A DNA stretch of 64,000 nucleotides from Malacoraja senta (taxonomy: Eukaryota). Shown piece after piece: positions 52,146 through 64,000 of this stretch (position 1 is the stretch's first letter; every line of letters begins with the position of its first letter). A model generated the notes under the pieces. The model saw only the letters and a list, made by a program, of their open reading frames with translations, did no database searches and was not told the DNA's origin. A program made the position numbers and the translations under genes. Location: positions 7,566,001 through 7,630,000 of the forward strand of contig CM075997.1 of NCBI GenBank assembly GCA_038087875.1, written 5' to 3'.

Positions 52146-53986
52146 ATGGAGGTAGGTGGGTCTGGTTCATGTCAGAACATATTAAGTGCGAATCACCTAC
52201 AAGTTGGGGGGAGATTACACTTGTTTCTGAAGGAATGGTATGGAATAACATCAGATTTGTTTATACTGCGCAGTATACAAGAGTTTCGAATTGAATTCCT
52301 TCCCAATTTGCGTCCACCCAAACAGCATACACCAGGTCGGGCACTCATTGTCTCACAAAAAGAGAATTTGGAGGTTCAAGCTGAAATTGAAAAATTATAT
52401 AAAAAGGGGGTAATTGAGAAGGCGGTTTATCAACCTCACCAATTCGTGTCCAATATTTTTCCTAGGTCAAAGAAGGATGGGGGTTGTCGAGTCATCCTTG
52501 ACTTGACGAGCCTTAATCCTTTTGTGCAGTATAAACTTTTCAAAATGGAAACGTTTGTTACTGCCAAACAACTGATATCCAGAGGATGTTATATGGCATG
52601 TATAGGTCTTAAGGATGCATATTGCTCAGTGCCTCTTCATAGGGATTATCGGAGATATTTGAAAATTAGCTGGATGAGGCAATTATGGCAATTTAAAGCA
52701 CTACCTAATGGATTAACCTCGGCCCCGATTCTATTTACAAAACTGTGAATACCAGTACTGGCGATACTCCGGGCTCGGGGTCATATTGTAACGGCTTATT
52801 TGAATGATATCTTAATCGTAGGGAAGACACGAGAAGCAGATTAATTATCTGTTTCAGTTGTTAAATTCATATTTGATTATTTGGGATTCACTATTAACTG
52901 AACTCACATGTCAGTGACTCTGCCCAGGGGCAAGAGATTAGAGTTAATTGAAAGCTGTAACAAGCTCATGTTGGAGACATGTGGCAAATTAGTGGCTGCC
53001 TTTCCAGCTGCATAATATGGACCTTTGCACTACCAAAATTTACAACGAGCAAAGGTATAGGCACTCAGGAGGCATGCAGGTCATTTCGACAGGCACATGC
53101 AATTACCAGCTGAAGCCATTGCTGAAGTGCATTGGTGGATTATGAACATCTAAAGTTGCTCCAACAAAATTCTGGTGGAGGAACCTTCAGTTGTCTTAAA
53201 GACTGATGCTAGAGACCTAGGTTGGGGCGCTACTGATACCATCTCTAGCTGTGGAGGCAGATGGAGTAAGCATGAGGCATTTATTCTTTAATCACATGGG
53301 ATCTACTATTTAGAGTTATTGGGAGCATTTTATGGGCTTAAGGCTTATTGTACTACTTAGCGTCACTTGCCTGTTCAGCTTCAGATTGATAACACTACGG
53401 CAGTGGCGTATGTTAATCACATGGAATCAAGTCGGAAACTTGTGATAGATTGGCTAATCTTATTTGGCACTGGTGCATTACAAGAAACATTTGTGTTTCA
53501 GCTATCTACCTACCAGGTAGATTCAATATGGTGGCAGACACCAGGTCACGCAAATTCAATGACAACACAGAATGGATGTTGAATCATGATGTATTTAATG
53601 ATATTGCTGTTCGGTATGGGAAGCCAGATATCGATGTGTTTGCATCCACAATCAACCACCAGTTACCTAAATATGTTTCATGGGTACCAGACCCAGGGGC
53701 AGTAGCAGTAGATGCATTCTCGCTACACTGGGGAGGAATGTTTTTATATGCATGTCCCCCATTTTGCCTCATCAGTCGCTGCTTGCTCAAGAACAAGCAG
53801 GACTCCGCCTCAGGAGTGTTGGTGGTACCCGACTGGCCTACTCAACCAGGTTTCCCTCTCGTTTTGGACATAATTACACAGCCTCTTATGGCCGTCCAGA
53901 AACATAGTGACCTACGGATGCACCCTGTAACTGGGGATCAACATCCATTATATGACCGTATTGATCTTTTAATTTGCAGATTCTGA
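52146..53986 (+). pseudogene. DIRS ORF2: RT, RNase H and N6-adenine methyltransferase-like domain, disrupted
   Basis: KKDGGCRVILDL, FKMET, LKDAY, ALPNGL and AYLNDILI (YLDD site) for RT; TDA..GWGA and DNTTAVAYVNH for RNase H; PDIDVFAS...VDAFSLHW...YACPPF for the MTase. Confidence 0.88.
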
Positions 53987-54944
53987 GGAGGCCATACCTG
54001 GGGCTTGGACTATCCGATCGAACCGTGGTTATGATCACAGCGGCCTGGGGGGATAGTACCAAAAACAGTACATCTCTCATGTCAGGAAATGGGAGGTGTT
54101 CTGCTTACGGGGCAACATTACATACTAGATGTGCTAGAATTTCTGTCAATGCTATATTTTGATGAAGGGTTGAGCTATAGTGCCATCAATAGTGCCAGGA
54201 GTGCCCTGTCATCACACTTATGGCTGGGGTCGGAACAACGGTCTGTTGGATCACACCCTTTAATATCCTGGTTTATGAAGGGTATTTTAATTCCAATCCC
54301 CCCAGGCCCAAGTATTCTGAAATCTGAGATGTGAGCGTGGTACTCACGCTGTTTCGCCAGTGGTCTCCAGCCACAGTACTGTATTTGCCCAAAATCACCC
54401 GTACGGTGGTCATGCTCATGGCACTGGTTACAGCGCAACGGGTCCAGACGTTGCACAAGCTGCTACTGGACAGGATGGTTCTGTATCATCTGGAAATATC
54501 ATTATATTTTACATTTATGATTTAATTAAGCAGAGCAGACCAGGGGTGTCAGGGTTCAAGCTTATTTTTTAGGTATACCCCTCGGATTTACGACTGTGTG
54601 TGGTGTCGCACTTGCAATATTATATGAAGTTCACCATCAGCCTCAGAGATTCGAAGTTAGCATTATTTATTAGCCACAAAAAGCCGCATATGAAATTGTC
54701 GGTTCAGACCATTTCTAGGTGGCTAAAACAGGTTCTGGTTTGTGCAGGAGTAGACACTGACATTTTTAAATCTCACTCCACCAGGGCGGCATCAACGTCA
54801 GCAGCGAGGGCTATGGACGTCCCTCTCGACCATATCCTCGCGGCCGCAGGATGGTCAAATGAACTGACGTTTCAACGGTTCTATATCAAACCGCTTACCG
54901 AACCGGGGATATTCGCCCATTCTATTTTAAGTTCTGTTTCATAG
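53974..54944 (+). pseudogene. DIRS tyrosine recombinase, frameshifted
   Basis: GLSYSAINSARSALS, TAQRVQTL, TISRWLK, FKSHSTRAAS and AAGWS...FQRFY, covering the R, HxxR, W and Y catalytic residues. Confidence 0.9.
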
Positions 54945-55997
54945 CTTCCCCCTGGGAAAGAGGGGGTTGCTATTGTTTTCTTTCTTAAATAAACTATTAA
55001 CAGATTCAAATCAATGTCATGGTTCAAATGAATTGATTATTATTCTCTCATCCTGAGTCAATTGCTGCAGTGAGACGCCTGGATTCGTATCTACGGCATG
55101 AAATGAAAGAGCTTTGAAATATTCACGGAATCACTCACGTGACTCCGAAGTAGAATAGTAAGATTAAACGAGAACTTACCAGTTGAAGTTTGATCCTTAT
55201 TTTATGAGGAGTTGCGATGAGTGATTACGTGCCCACCGCTCCCAACCCTCATATCACAAAGGTCATCTGGTAGTTCTAGGTTTCTAATCTTACTATGTTA
55301 CATCAATTACTGTTATATGTGATTTCACACCGCTGCTTTGAAGATTTCCAACGCATGCGGACTGGCGGGTTCTTCACGTAATCACTCATCGCAACACCTC
55401 ATAAAATAAAGATCAAACTTCAAACTGGTAAGTTCTCGTTTAATCTTACTATTCTCCATCCTAGATGCAGTAAAATACTACATTCATCCTATCTATCCGT
55501 CTCATGATTTTACACACCTTCTTCGTATCATCACCCCTCAGCTTCCTTCGCTCCAGGGAATAAAATCCTCCCCACCTCCTACAGCTGGGACACACAATGA
55601 AATGGCAGTACAGTTCTGCAATAAGTACTGACGGTGATACCACATGTGGAGAAACGTGCAGAGACTGGACCAAGGGTCATAAACACAGAGCATAGAAATA
55701 GACCCAGGAAATCTCTGTGTCTATGCTGTATAATTACTGATCAAATTTATTAGCACTTGGTCCACAGAATATTATGCCCTGGCTCTCTCTCACTTAAAAA
55801 AAAAGTGATACTTACCTTTGAAGCGGTGTAGAGTCAGAAGTTGAGATTTACCCCTCGCAAAAAGTGGCTGTGAGACGACCAAATAATCAGATCCTCTACT
55901 GTGTACAGTGGCTAAGATTAACAAAGGAATGTATTGACATTGGTTTGTGGGACTTTGCGAGGCCCTGACAGGATAGACCTTCAAAACAACAATCAAA

Positions 55998-56890
55998 GGG
56001 TATATGGATGATTACATTCGGATCAGAAGATCAGAATATGAATTCACCTTGGAGTGACTGAGCTGACGTAATTTACTCTCTTAGATATATTTGAATAGAG
56101 AGTATCCACTCACCCAGAAAATTATGATGTCCATTTGTAAAATACGTACAAGCGAAGATCCTTGTGGGCAAGAGGAAACTGAAGACTAGTGTGACCAGGT
56201 ATGGAAATGAACTTGATATCAGGATCAGTTTGATAATTAATTGTCTGAACAGGCCTGAGTTTGGCATTGTGCGTGTGGCCGTGTGTTCCTGTGTCCATGG
56301 CCTAGGAGTGTGCTCCACCCTCTGCCAACGCTTCCTCGGCTCAATGGCCCACGGACCTGAGTCAGTGACAATAGGTGACAACATCTCTTCCATAATAACT
56401 CTCAACACCGGCGCCCTACAAGGATGATTTCTCGGTCCCCTGCGATACGCTCTTTACACTCTCAATTGTTCTCTCTGATTTCGTCAACAGGTTTGCTGAC
56501 GACAACCCTGTGATGGGCCGGATCAGGAACAATGATGAGGCGGAAATCATGAAAAAGATGGTGAACTTACTGACACTGTGTCAGAACAATAACCTCTCCC
56601 ACAATACCATTAAGAAGAAGGGGCACGTTATTAATGCCTGGAAGCAAGGTGGAGTACATGCTTAAATCAGGATAAGTGGCGCGGAAGTGGAAATAGTTGG
56701 GGCTCAAGTTGTTCGGCGTTAATATTACCACCGATGTGTCCTGGATGAACCACACAGTTCAGAGAACCAAGAAGACACACTCGACTTCCGGAGGAGACTG
56801 ACAAAACAAACATCTCCAGATGTACCATTGAAAGCATAAGGCCAGGATGCATCACAGCCTGGTTTGGAAAGAGTTCTAGGCTGGGCAAAG
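55998..56890 (-). repeat. Inverted paralog of 43690-44466 plus 48200-48440
   Basis: Reverse-complement collinearity through both unique sequence and the old Rex fragment. It lacks the hAT insert. Confidence 0.85.
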
Positions 56891-57960
56891 TCTAGTCGTA
56901 GCTGAGCTGCGGTGATGTTTCCAGGCACTCGACAGTGAGACATGGGCAGTTGAACTTTCAGATTCCAGTCCAATGCAGGAGGCTGTAGTTTTACATTCCC
57001 CTCATAGTACAGTGCGACTTCTAGAAGCAGGGAAGTTAAAAGGGCAGTACCAGGTAGTAGAGGAATCAATAAGGCGCGTGTACTATTACCTGCTGACAAA
57101 CATATACATATAGATTTCAATGTACCCTTGCCCTGGGTTCAAAATAAATGGAACTGTTTAATATTGATTTGCTATTTCACCCACTCTCTAGAGGCCAATG
57201 GCGAAATTCCCTATAGGACGAATTAACAGATTTGTAGGTTCGTCCCCCCTTCAGATATACGCTGACGAGGGAACACAGTTCACGGTAAAGGAGGCTTGTG
57301 CCTTGTTAGGCTTGAAGCAGAGATTTTACATCACCTTCCTCATATAGAGTTCTAGATTAGGTGGAGCGAATAGACAGAGCGCGAAAGCTCTAACTAGAGC
57401 AGTGACCGAGACTAGAGAGCATGGGTTAAATCACTCCGAACCAACCTGCTGAGATAGCATATCTTAAGAACGCTCGAGCGCGCCACTTTCTGCATTCAGC
57501 GCCTACAGTAACAACTCATCTAGCCTGCCAATGCCTAATGCAAATGGCAAATCAAACTAATAATCTGTAAAGTGGAGCTGGGATAAAAGTGGTGGAATCC
57601 TTCCGGGGCGATTAGTCTTCTGCATAAATTGTACGAAATATAATTGTTATCGACAGGATACACTCAGCACGTCAGGCAGTATCAGTGGAACCGGAAGTGG
57701 AGACGACATTTCAGGCCGTCGTCAGGCCAATTAAGATTGATAGAAAACAAGTTACTGTGGTTTTGCAAGGTGTGTGAGACCGGAGATAGACAACAACATA
57801 CTCTCTGCTCGTTAGTTGGGGGAAATGATGCAATCTGGTGGGGAACTAATATGGCTAATTAGCTGCACAGGTACGGCGTTCACAGAAGCCATGGAATAAC
57901 AACACATAGAGAATAATGCAAAGTAGCAGTGACAAAGTAGACAGCGGTCGGGCTCACCTG

Positions 57961-57975
57961 GTAAGTAACTAAGTT

Positions 57976-58051
<76 letters not shown>
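57961..58051. repeat. (TAAG)n microsatellite
   Basis: Tetranucleotide run abutting the reverse-oriented tail TTTTATTTATATAGCAC. Confidence 0.95.
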
Positions 58052-58890
58052 CATTTTATTTATATAGCACATTTAAATCAACTCGCGTTGAAACCAAAGT
58101 ACTTTACATAGAATAAATTAGGTTTCCATACATCCGTATTAATAAAAAAAGAGAAAAGGCTCAACACACTATAGAATTTAACACGAAACGCCCCTCCACA
58201 GTAGAATCATCATTTTCCCATGAGAGGGAAGGCACTAAAATGTCCAGTCCACTTCTTCTGTGTTTACCTGAGGTCGGGGCCTATTTAAGGCCTCCACAGT
58301 CGCCGCAACGGGGGCCCGATGATTCAGGCCCTCACGCCGAGGGAGTTCCGGCGCCGGGAGAACACTCTTCAGCGGCTTTGAGTGTCTGGAACCGCCGCTT
58401 CCTCCCCGGAGACCGCGGCTCCCAAAGTCCACAGGCCGCGCTGGTCGGAGCTCCTACACTGGCGATATCGGCGAGACATCCCAGGCTCCGCGATGTTAAG
58501 TCAGCGTCGCGCGCGGCTGGATGCTCCGCGACCATAGCTCCGCGATGTTGGAGTCGGCGGTCTCAGCAATCCGGAGATTACCGCACGGCGACCCGAATAA
58601 GGCATCGCCCGCTCCGTGATGGTGCTTCAGCACTGTGCTGCCGCCGAAGCTGGGGTTCTGGCCGGGTCCCCGCAGGAAACGCCGCTCCATTCCCGATGGT
58701 AGGCCGCGAGGAAGGGACGAAGATGCCGTTCGGAGGGAATCCGCCTCTCCGACCAGGTAGGGGATAAGAAATACAGTGTCACCCTTCGCCTCCCCCACCC
58801 CCCACATAAAAGAGCTAGAAAACCTCAACACTAAAATGTTTAAACACACTGAAATAAAGGACGGAATGCAGGCAGAGACTCTGGTGAGGT
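58052..58890 (-). mobile_element. Unclassified GC-rich non-autonomous element with an L2-type 3' tail; related fragment at ~48560-48695
   Basis: GTGCTATATAAATAAAA tail on the minus strand. Shares the CCCCACATAAAA...CAGA(G/C)AC block with 48585-48680. Confidence 0.5.
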
Positions 58891-60120
58891 TGTGCTGATC
58901 GTGAGGAAAATATTGAGCTAATTGTACAGATGGATGAGCGTCATTACAGAAAGTTGCTTCCAATAATGTGTGGCTAATCATTGCAAAGCATGGAAGCAAA
59001 TTGTAAAACAAAAGAGAATGCCAAATTTGACATTTTGGTGTTAGTGCAACGTTCCATCCAGTCGAAGACTTCGATCGGTGTTTTCCAAAATCTAGTCCTG
59101 TATGGAAGTTTAAACCTCAGTCGGATCAAGATGCTCTAATAGATCGCATCATTCTTGAAAATTCCTGATGGATAGAAACGTGCCGTTCACTCCTCTGGTT
59201 TGAAAGCGGAGTATCATGCTCGATGAAAATCCGCACCTTGGATTCAGTGCCGTGGTGGTTCAAGTGGGAACATTTTGCTTATTTTTGGCAGAGACCCTGG
59301 TTGGGATAAGACCTCGAAAGCAACTTAAAGAGCTCTGAAGGCGGCAACAAAATGTTTCTTAAAAATGTATCTTTCTCTATTAATGCAAACGCAGTCGTAA
59401 GAACGCATAGTGGCAATGCCTCGGAAATTCAATTAGATTAAAACAGGACACAAAGTTACCACTAACACTAAAACAAATGATATAACTGTGCAGCAGACAA
59501 ATCGAAATCCGATAATTGTGACGGGTAACGACAAGACGGAGCTACTGAAAGCGTGACCAGACCCAGCGCCTTACCAACGACACCACCGCTGCAAATTAAT
59601 GACAGTAAATGCTCGATGTAGCGGCTGACTTTTATATCTATCAAGAGATTACTCCCTCTAGGCGCTAAGTGGACCGCATGATGAAGGAGAATGTCGTTAT
59701 ACGCATGCCAGCTCTCCGTCACAGACCTTCAGAGCGTCTTCACAGAAAAATCTTCATAACACTTTTGATTAATATATCCTTTATTGTCGATGAAAAACAA
59801 TAAGGTACATCCAACCTTCTTCCGACTCATACACTATAATCTTAATCGAACTCCAGCTTATCGCATTAAAGGTTAGAAAACTCCTCGTGTCTCCATAACG
59901 CTTCGCATGGTCAAAGGGTAAACCTTGTCCATGCTGGTCCGTAACTACACTAAAAACGAAGCTTCTGCGCAAGAAACTTAGCTCCAAACACGCCCTAAAA
60001 TACGCCATAAATCCCACCCACAATATATATAACGAGGCAATTAATAATAAACATCAACAAACTTGTCATGAAGGCTTAACATATATTAAAAGCAAAAAGT
60101 CAGAGAATTGAACCCCGTGG

Positions 60121-60192
60121 CTCCTCGTCGGGGAATTGAACCCCGGCCTCCCGCGTGACAGGCGGGGATACTAACCACTATAGTAACGAGGA
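60121..60192 (-). tRNA. tRNA-Asp(GTC) gene or pseudogene
   Basis: TCCTCGTTACTATAGTGGTTAGTATCCCCGCCTGTCACGCGGGAGGCCGGGGTTCAATTCCCCGACGAGGAG folds as a cloverleaf with anticodon GTC. G10>C weakens the D stem and A box. T5 run ~23 nt downstream. Confidence 0.88.
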
Positions 60193-60244
60193 AAATAGCA
60201 TGCACTATATATCCGCAATCAGAATTCTTCATCGACTCTTCCGG

Positions 60245-62610
60245 TCAACAAACACCAGACGTCTTACCCCGAGGCGTTCACCACCATAGCCGGGGACTTC
60301 AATAAGGCAAACCTAAAGAAATCACTCCCTAACTTCCACCAACATGTCTCCTGCTGCACCAGAGGACCAAACACCCTCGACCACTGCTACACCACAATCA
60401 AGAATGCCTATCGTTCTAGCCCTCGCCCTCACTTCGGTAAATCCGAACATACCGCGGTGCTGCTTCTTCCTGCCTAAAGGCAGCAATTAAAGAGCGCACC
60501 CCAGAGGTGAGGACAGTACAGAGCTGGTCGGGGGGGGCAGAGGAACAACTTCATGACTGTTTGGAGTCTGTAGACTGGGCAATGTTCAAGGACTCGGCAA
60601 CGGACCTGAACGAATACGCCACAGTCGTTACATACTTCATTAAGAAATGTGTGGAGGAATGCATCCCCACCAAAACCTTCCGAGCGTTTCCCAATCAGAA
60701 ACCTTGTATGAACTTTGAGATCCGCACTCTTCCGAAGTCCAGACACCGGGCATTCATGTCTGATGAACAGTGGCCTACAAGAAGTCCAGATACGACCTTG
60801 GCAAGGCCATCAAAAAGGCCAAAAGGGACTTCTGCTCCAAATTGGAGGAAGAGACAGATGTTCGGCGGCTGTGGCAGGGCCTGAATGCAATCACCTCTTA
60901 CAAGTCGTAATCAGGAGGCAGCTCGAATGTCGGCGAAACATCACTCCCTGATGAGCTCAATGCGTTTTACGCACGCTTTGATAGGGAGAACACCGATGTG
61001 CTTTCCCGAGCCCCCATTCGCTGTGATGGTATTTCAGTCTCAGTCACAGAGGCCGACGTCAGTAAATCCTTCAGAGGGGTGAACCCTCGAAAAGCGCCTG
61101 GACCTGATGGTATATAGAACCGTGTTCTAAAAATCTGTGCGGACCAACTGGCTGGAGTTTTTACGGACATTTTCAAACTCTCACATCTGAGGTCTGAGGT
61201 TCCCACCTGCTTCAAAAGGGCATCAATTATACCAGTGCCCAAGAAGAGTAAGGTGACGTGCCTCAATGACTATCGACCTGTGGCACTAGCGCCTGTGGTG
61301 ATGAAGTGCTTTGAGAGGTTGATCATGACGCAGATCAACTCCTACCTCGACAAAAACCTGGATCCACTGCAGTTCGCTTACCGCCACAACAGATCAACGG
61401 TGGATGCGATCTCGCTGGCCCTCCACGCCGCTCTGGACCACTTGGACAACAAAAACGCATATGTCAGGCTGTTATTCATCGATTACAGCTCAGCATTTAA
61501 TACAATCATCCCCTCCAAGCTGGTTACCAAACTCGCAGAACTGGGTCTCTGCGCATCCCTCTGCAATTGGATCCTCGACTTCCTCACTCTCAGACCACAG
61601 TCTGTTCGTGTTGGTGGAAATGTGTCAGACTCGATAACAATCAGCACGGGAGCACCTCAAGGCTGCGTGCTCAGCCCCCTGCTGTACTCACTCTATATTC
61701 ATGAATGCGTAACCGGACATAGTGCGAACTCCATCATCAAGTTCGCTGACGACACCACTGTTGTGGGACGTATCACTGATGGGGATGAGTCAGAGTATAG
61801 AAGAGAGATCGAGCAACTGTCCATATGGTGCCAGAACAATAACCTGACCCTCAACACCAGCAAAACCAAGAAACTGATTGTGGACTTTGGAAAGAGTAGG
61901 ATGGGGACCCACAGTCCCGTTTATATCAACGGGTCGATGGTTGAAAGGGTCAAGGGCTTCAAAGTCCTGGGCGTGCACATCTCTGAAGATCTTTCCTGGT
62001 CCGAGAACACTGATGCCATTATTAAGAACGCACATCTACTTCCTGAGAAGATTACGGAGAGTCGGTTTGTCAAGGAGGACTCTCTCTAACTTCTACAGGT
62101 GCACAGTAGAGAGCATGCTGACCGGTTGCATCGTGGCTTGGTTCGGCAACTTGAGCGCCCTGGAGAGGAAAAGACTAAAACAAGTAGTAAACACTGCCCA
62201 GTCCTTCATCGGCTCTGACCTCCCTTTCATCGAGGAGATCTATCACAGTCGCTGCCTCAAAAAGGCTGGCAGTATCATCAAGGACCCACACCATCCTGGC
62301 TGCACACTCATCTCCCTACTACCTTCAGGTAGAAGGTACAGGAGCCTGAAGACTGTAACGACCAGGTTCAGGAATAGCTACTTCCCCACAGCCATCAGGC
62401 TATTACACCTGGTTCGGACAAAACACTGACCTTTATTAGCCAATTAACAGTTATTTGCACTTTATCAGTATATTGATTCATGTGTGTATATATTTATAGA
62501 ATGCCTTGTAGTCAATGCCTACTATTTTCTGTTGTGCTGAAGTAAAGCAATAATTAACATTGTCCTATCAGGGACACATGACAATAAACTCACTTTACTT
62601 GACTTGACTT
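60245..62610 (+). mobile_element. Rex1/Babar LINE, 5'-truncated and decayed
   Basis: [47 protein letters not shown] and LPSGRRYRS motifs with a (GACTT)n tail. Confidence 0.92.
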
Positions 62611-62629
62611 CATTTTCGCCTTCTAGAAG

Positions 62630-63672
62630 CAAGCATAACTAGGTTATTAATATTATTAAAACACTGGTTTTAGTTTAAAGTCGTGCCGTGCGCACCAAAC
62701 CCTTAACATCAGGCATGATACCCAGTATATAGTCCAAAACATATCAGTCCACAGCTTTGATAGCATGAAACGCCTTCCTCCATATCTGAACAACTCATGG
62801 ATGCGTTGTAACAACAATGTTGAAGTGTCAAAATCCTTCGAGAGAATAATAGGATTTTTAGCAATAAAGTTCACTGTTAGGTTTGATTTAATTTCCGGAT
62901 CATTAGCAGAGATTTCGAATCCCAGTTCAAGCTCTGGCCAATCTCTGTCAGGCTCACACAGAGACTCTAGTTCATTGATCCATTTCTTATCAGTTAAGAA
63001 GCAGTTCTCCGTCAGTTCTCTGGAAACTTCTTCCGCAGGATTTTCTTCTGTGTTAACATATTTCAATTGTGCAACAGTAATAACTCCCAATGCTCTTTCC
63101 ATTGCCAGATAGTCTCTGTCCAAATCCAACAATCTGGTTCCTTTGGATCTTTCATCTAGTGGAATGCTTTCAGAATTGTCGCTGATCCACTTGGAAAGGG
63201 TGAGTTCCCCTTATTGCAGAGGGAAGTCATATATTCTTCTGCTCAGTAGACATGGATTTTAAGCAATCATCCATGTTGTTATTATTCTTCAAAGGGATTC
63301 TTACTTCATGACATTTTGTATTCTCGTCAAACTTGCGTTTCAATGACTGGGGGCGTTGCTCTGCCATACGACAATTCTTCGGCAGATTAACACGTTTTTG
63401 TTTAAAAGGAAAGTCCAGACAATAATGTCTGTCAATCTTTACTGAGTAGTTCATAATATCCATGAACTTCAACTCTTCATTCGACTTCTCTTCAAATTCC
63501 TTGCTGGTATTTTCATTGAAGTCATGATTGTATGGCTTCAACGCCGGCTTTTCTAATTGATCAGTATATATTTGATTAACAGCAATGGTGGGATAGTTCT
63601 TCTGATTCTCGTTTTCATCGTTCCTTTTCAAAGAACCATAGATAACCCATCCAAGTCGTTTTTTTGTAGCAT
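62630..63672 (-). mobile_element. Heavily deleted BEL/Pao pol remnant
   Basis: LGWVIYG, LPKNCRMAEQRPQSLKRKF, NMDDCLKS (YVDD-like site), KYVNTEENPAEEVSR...KWIN...DWPE...DPEIK and HELF.YGG...MLSKL...FW, in BEL/Pao order. Confidence 0.8.
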
Positions 63673-64000
63673 ACATAGAAACATAGAAACATAGAAAATA
63701 GGTGCAGGAGTAGGCCATTCGGCCCTTCGAGCCTGCACCGCCATTCAATATGATCATGGCTGATCATCCAACTCAGTATCCCGTACCTGCCTTCTCTCCA
63801 TACCCCCTGAACCCCATAGCCACAAGGGCCACATCTAACTCCCTCTTAAATATAGCCAATGAACTGGCCTCAACTACCCTCTGTGGCAGAGAGTTCCAGA
63901 GATTCACCACTCTCTGTGTGAAAACGTTTTTCCTCATCTCGGTCTTAAAGGATTTCCCCCTTATCCTTAAGCTGTGACCCCTTGTCCTGGACTTCCCCAA
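63673..64000 (-). mobile_element. Young CR1 3' end running off the window
   Basis: (TTTCTATG)n tail and TRGHSLRIRGK...VVNLWNSLP motif. Confidence 0.92.

Larger units (their letters stand above)
50741..55453 (+). mobile_element. DIRS1-like tyrosine-recombinase retrotransposon with both termini present and decayed ORFs
   Basis: Left terminus ATTTTACTTCGGAGTCACG. Inverted right terminus at ~55353-55390 plus an extension to 55453. ICR at 55122-55231 is complementary to both ends. ATT trinucleotide at both junctions. Gag-like, RT, RH, MTase and YR domains present. Confidence 0.95.

Noticed and set aside
55809..55822. ATACTTACCT resembling the U1 snRNA 5' end or a minus-strand splice donor
   Set aside because: Only 10 nt match, there is no U1 body, and no partner exon could be identified.
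57535..57970. Octamer ATGCAAAT, ETS site ACCGGAAGTG and donor CTG|GTAAGT suggesting a promoter and first exon
   Set aside because: The ETS site falls in what looks like a degenerate Penelope-type repeat, the donor is the start of the (TAAG)n run, and such short motifs are expected by chance.
59245..59320. GTGGTGGTTCAAGTGG resembling a tRNA A box
   Set aside because: No cloverleaf and no B box.

Overview
This is eukaryotic, almost entirely transposon-derived DNA. The repeat families (CR1/HER1-type LINEs with (TTTCTATG)n tails, V-SINE fragments, Penelope-type repeats) suggest a cartilaginous fish such as a skate or ray; that is inference. I can support no host protein-coding gene. The left third (1-~24 kb) is a tandem segmental duplication whose copies each acquired different nested insertions, followed by a 200-N gap. 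Recognisable elements: many CR1 LINEs; several Rex1/Babar-type LINEs; one RTE-X-like LINE; a full-length decayed Gypsy element (5605-10287, TSD ACCGA); an internally deleted related Gypsy (38694-40573, TSD CTAGA); a one-ended Gypsy fragment; a non-autonomous hAT element (44467-48199); Penelope remnants with minimal hammerhead motifs; a complete-ended DIRS element with an adenine-methyltransferase domain (50741-55453); a BEL/Pao remnant; two near-identical CORE-type SINEs; long microsatellites; and a tRNA-Asp(GTC) gene or pseudogene followed by CCA. The most striking observation is in the deleted Gypsy. It carries a 49-nt reverse copy of the 3' half of mature tRNA-Leu(CAA) fused directly to integrase, with a mismatch at tRNA position 58 and an end at position 38. 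This looks like a genomic fossil of reverse transcriptase reading through m1A58, stalling at m1G37 and mis-jumping. All family assignments and sequence comparisons were made by eye, without database searches.
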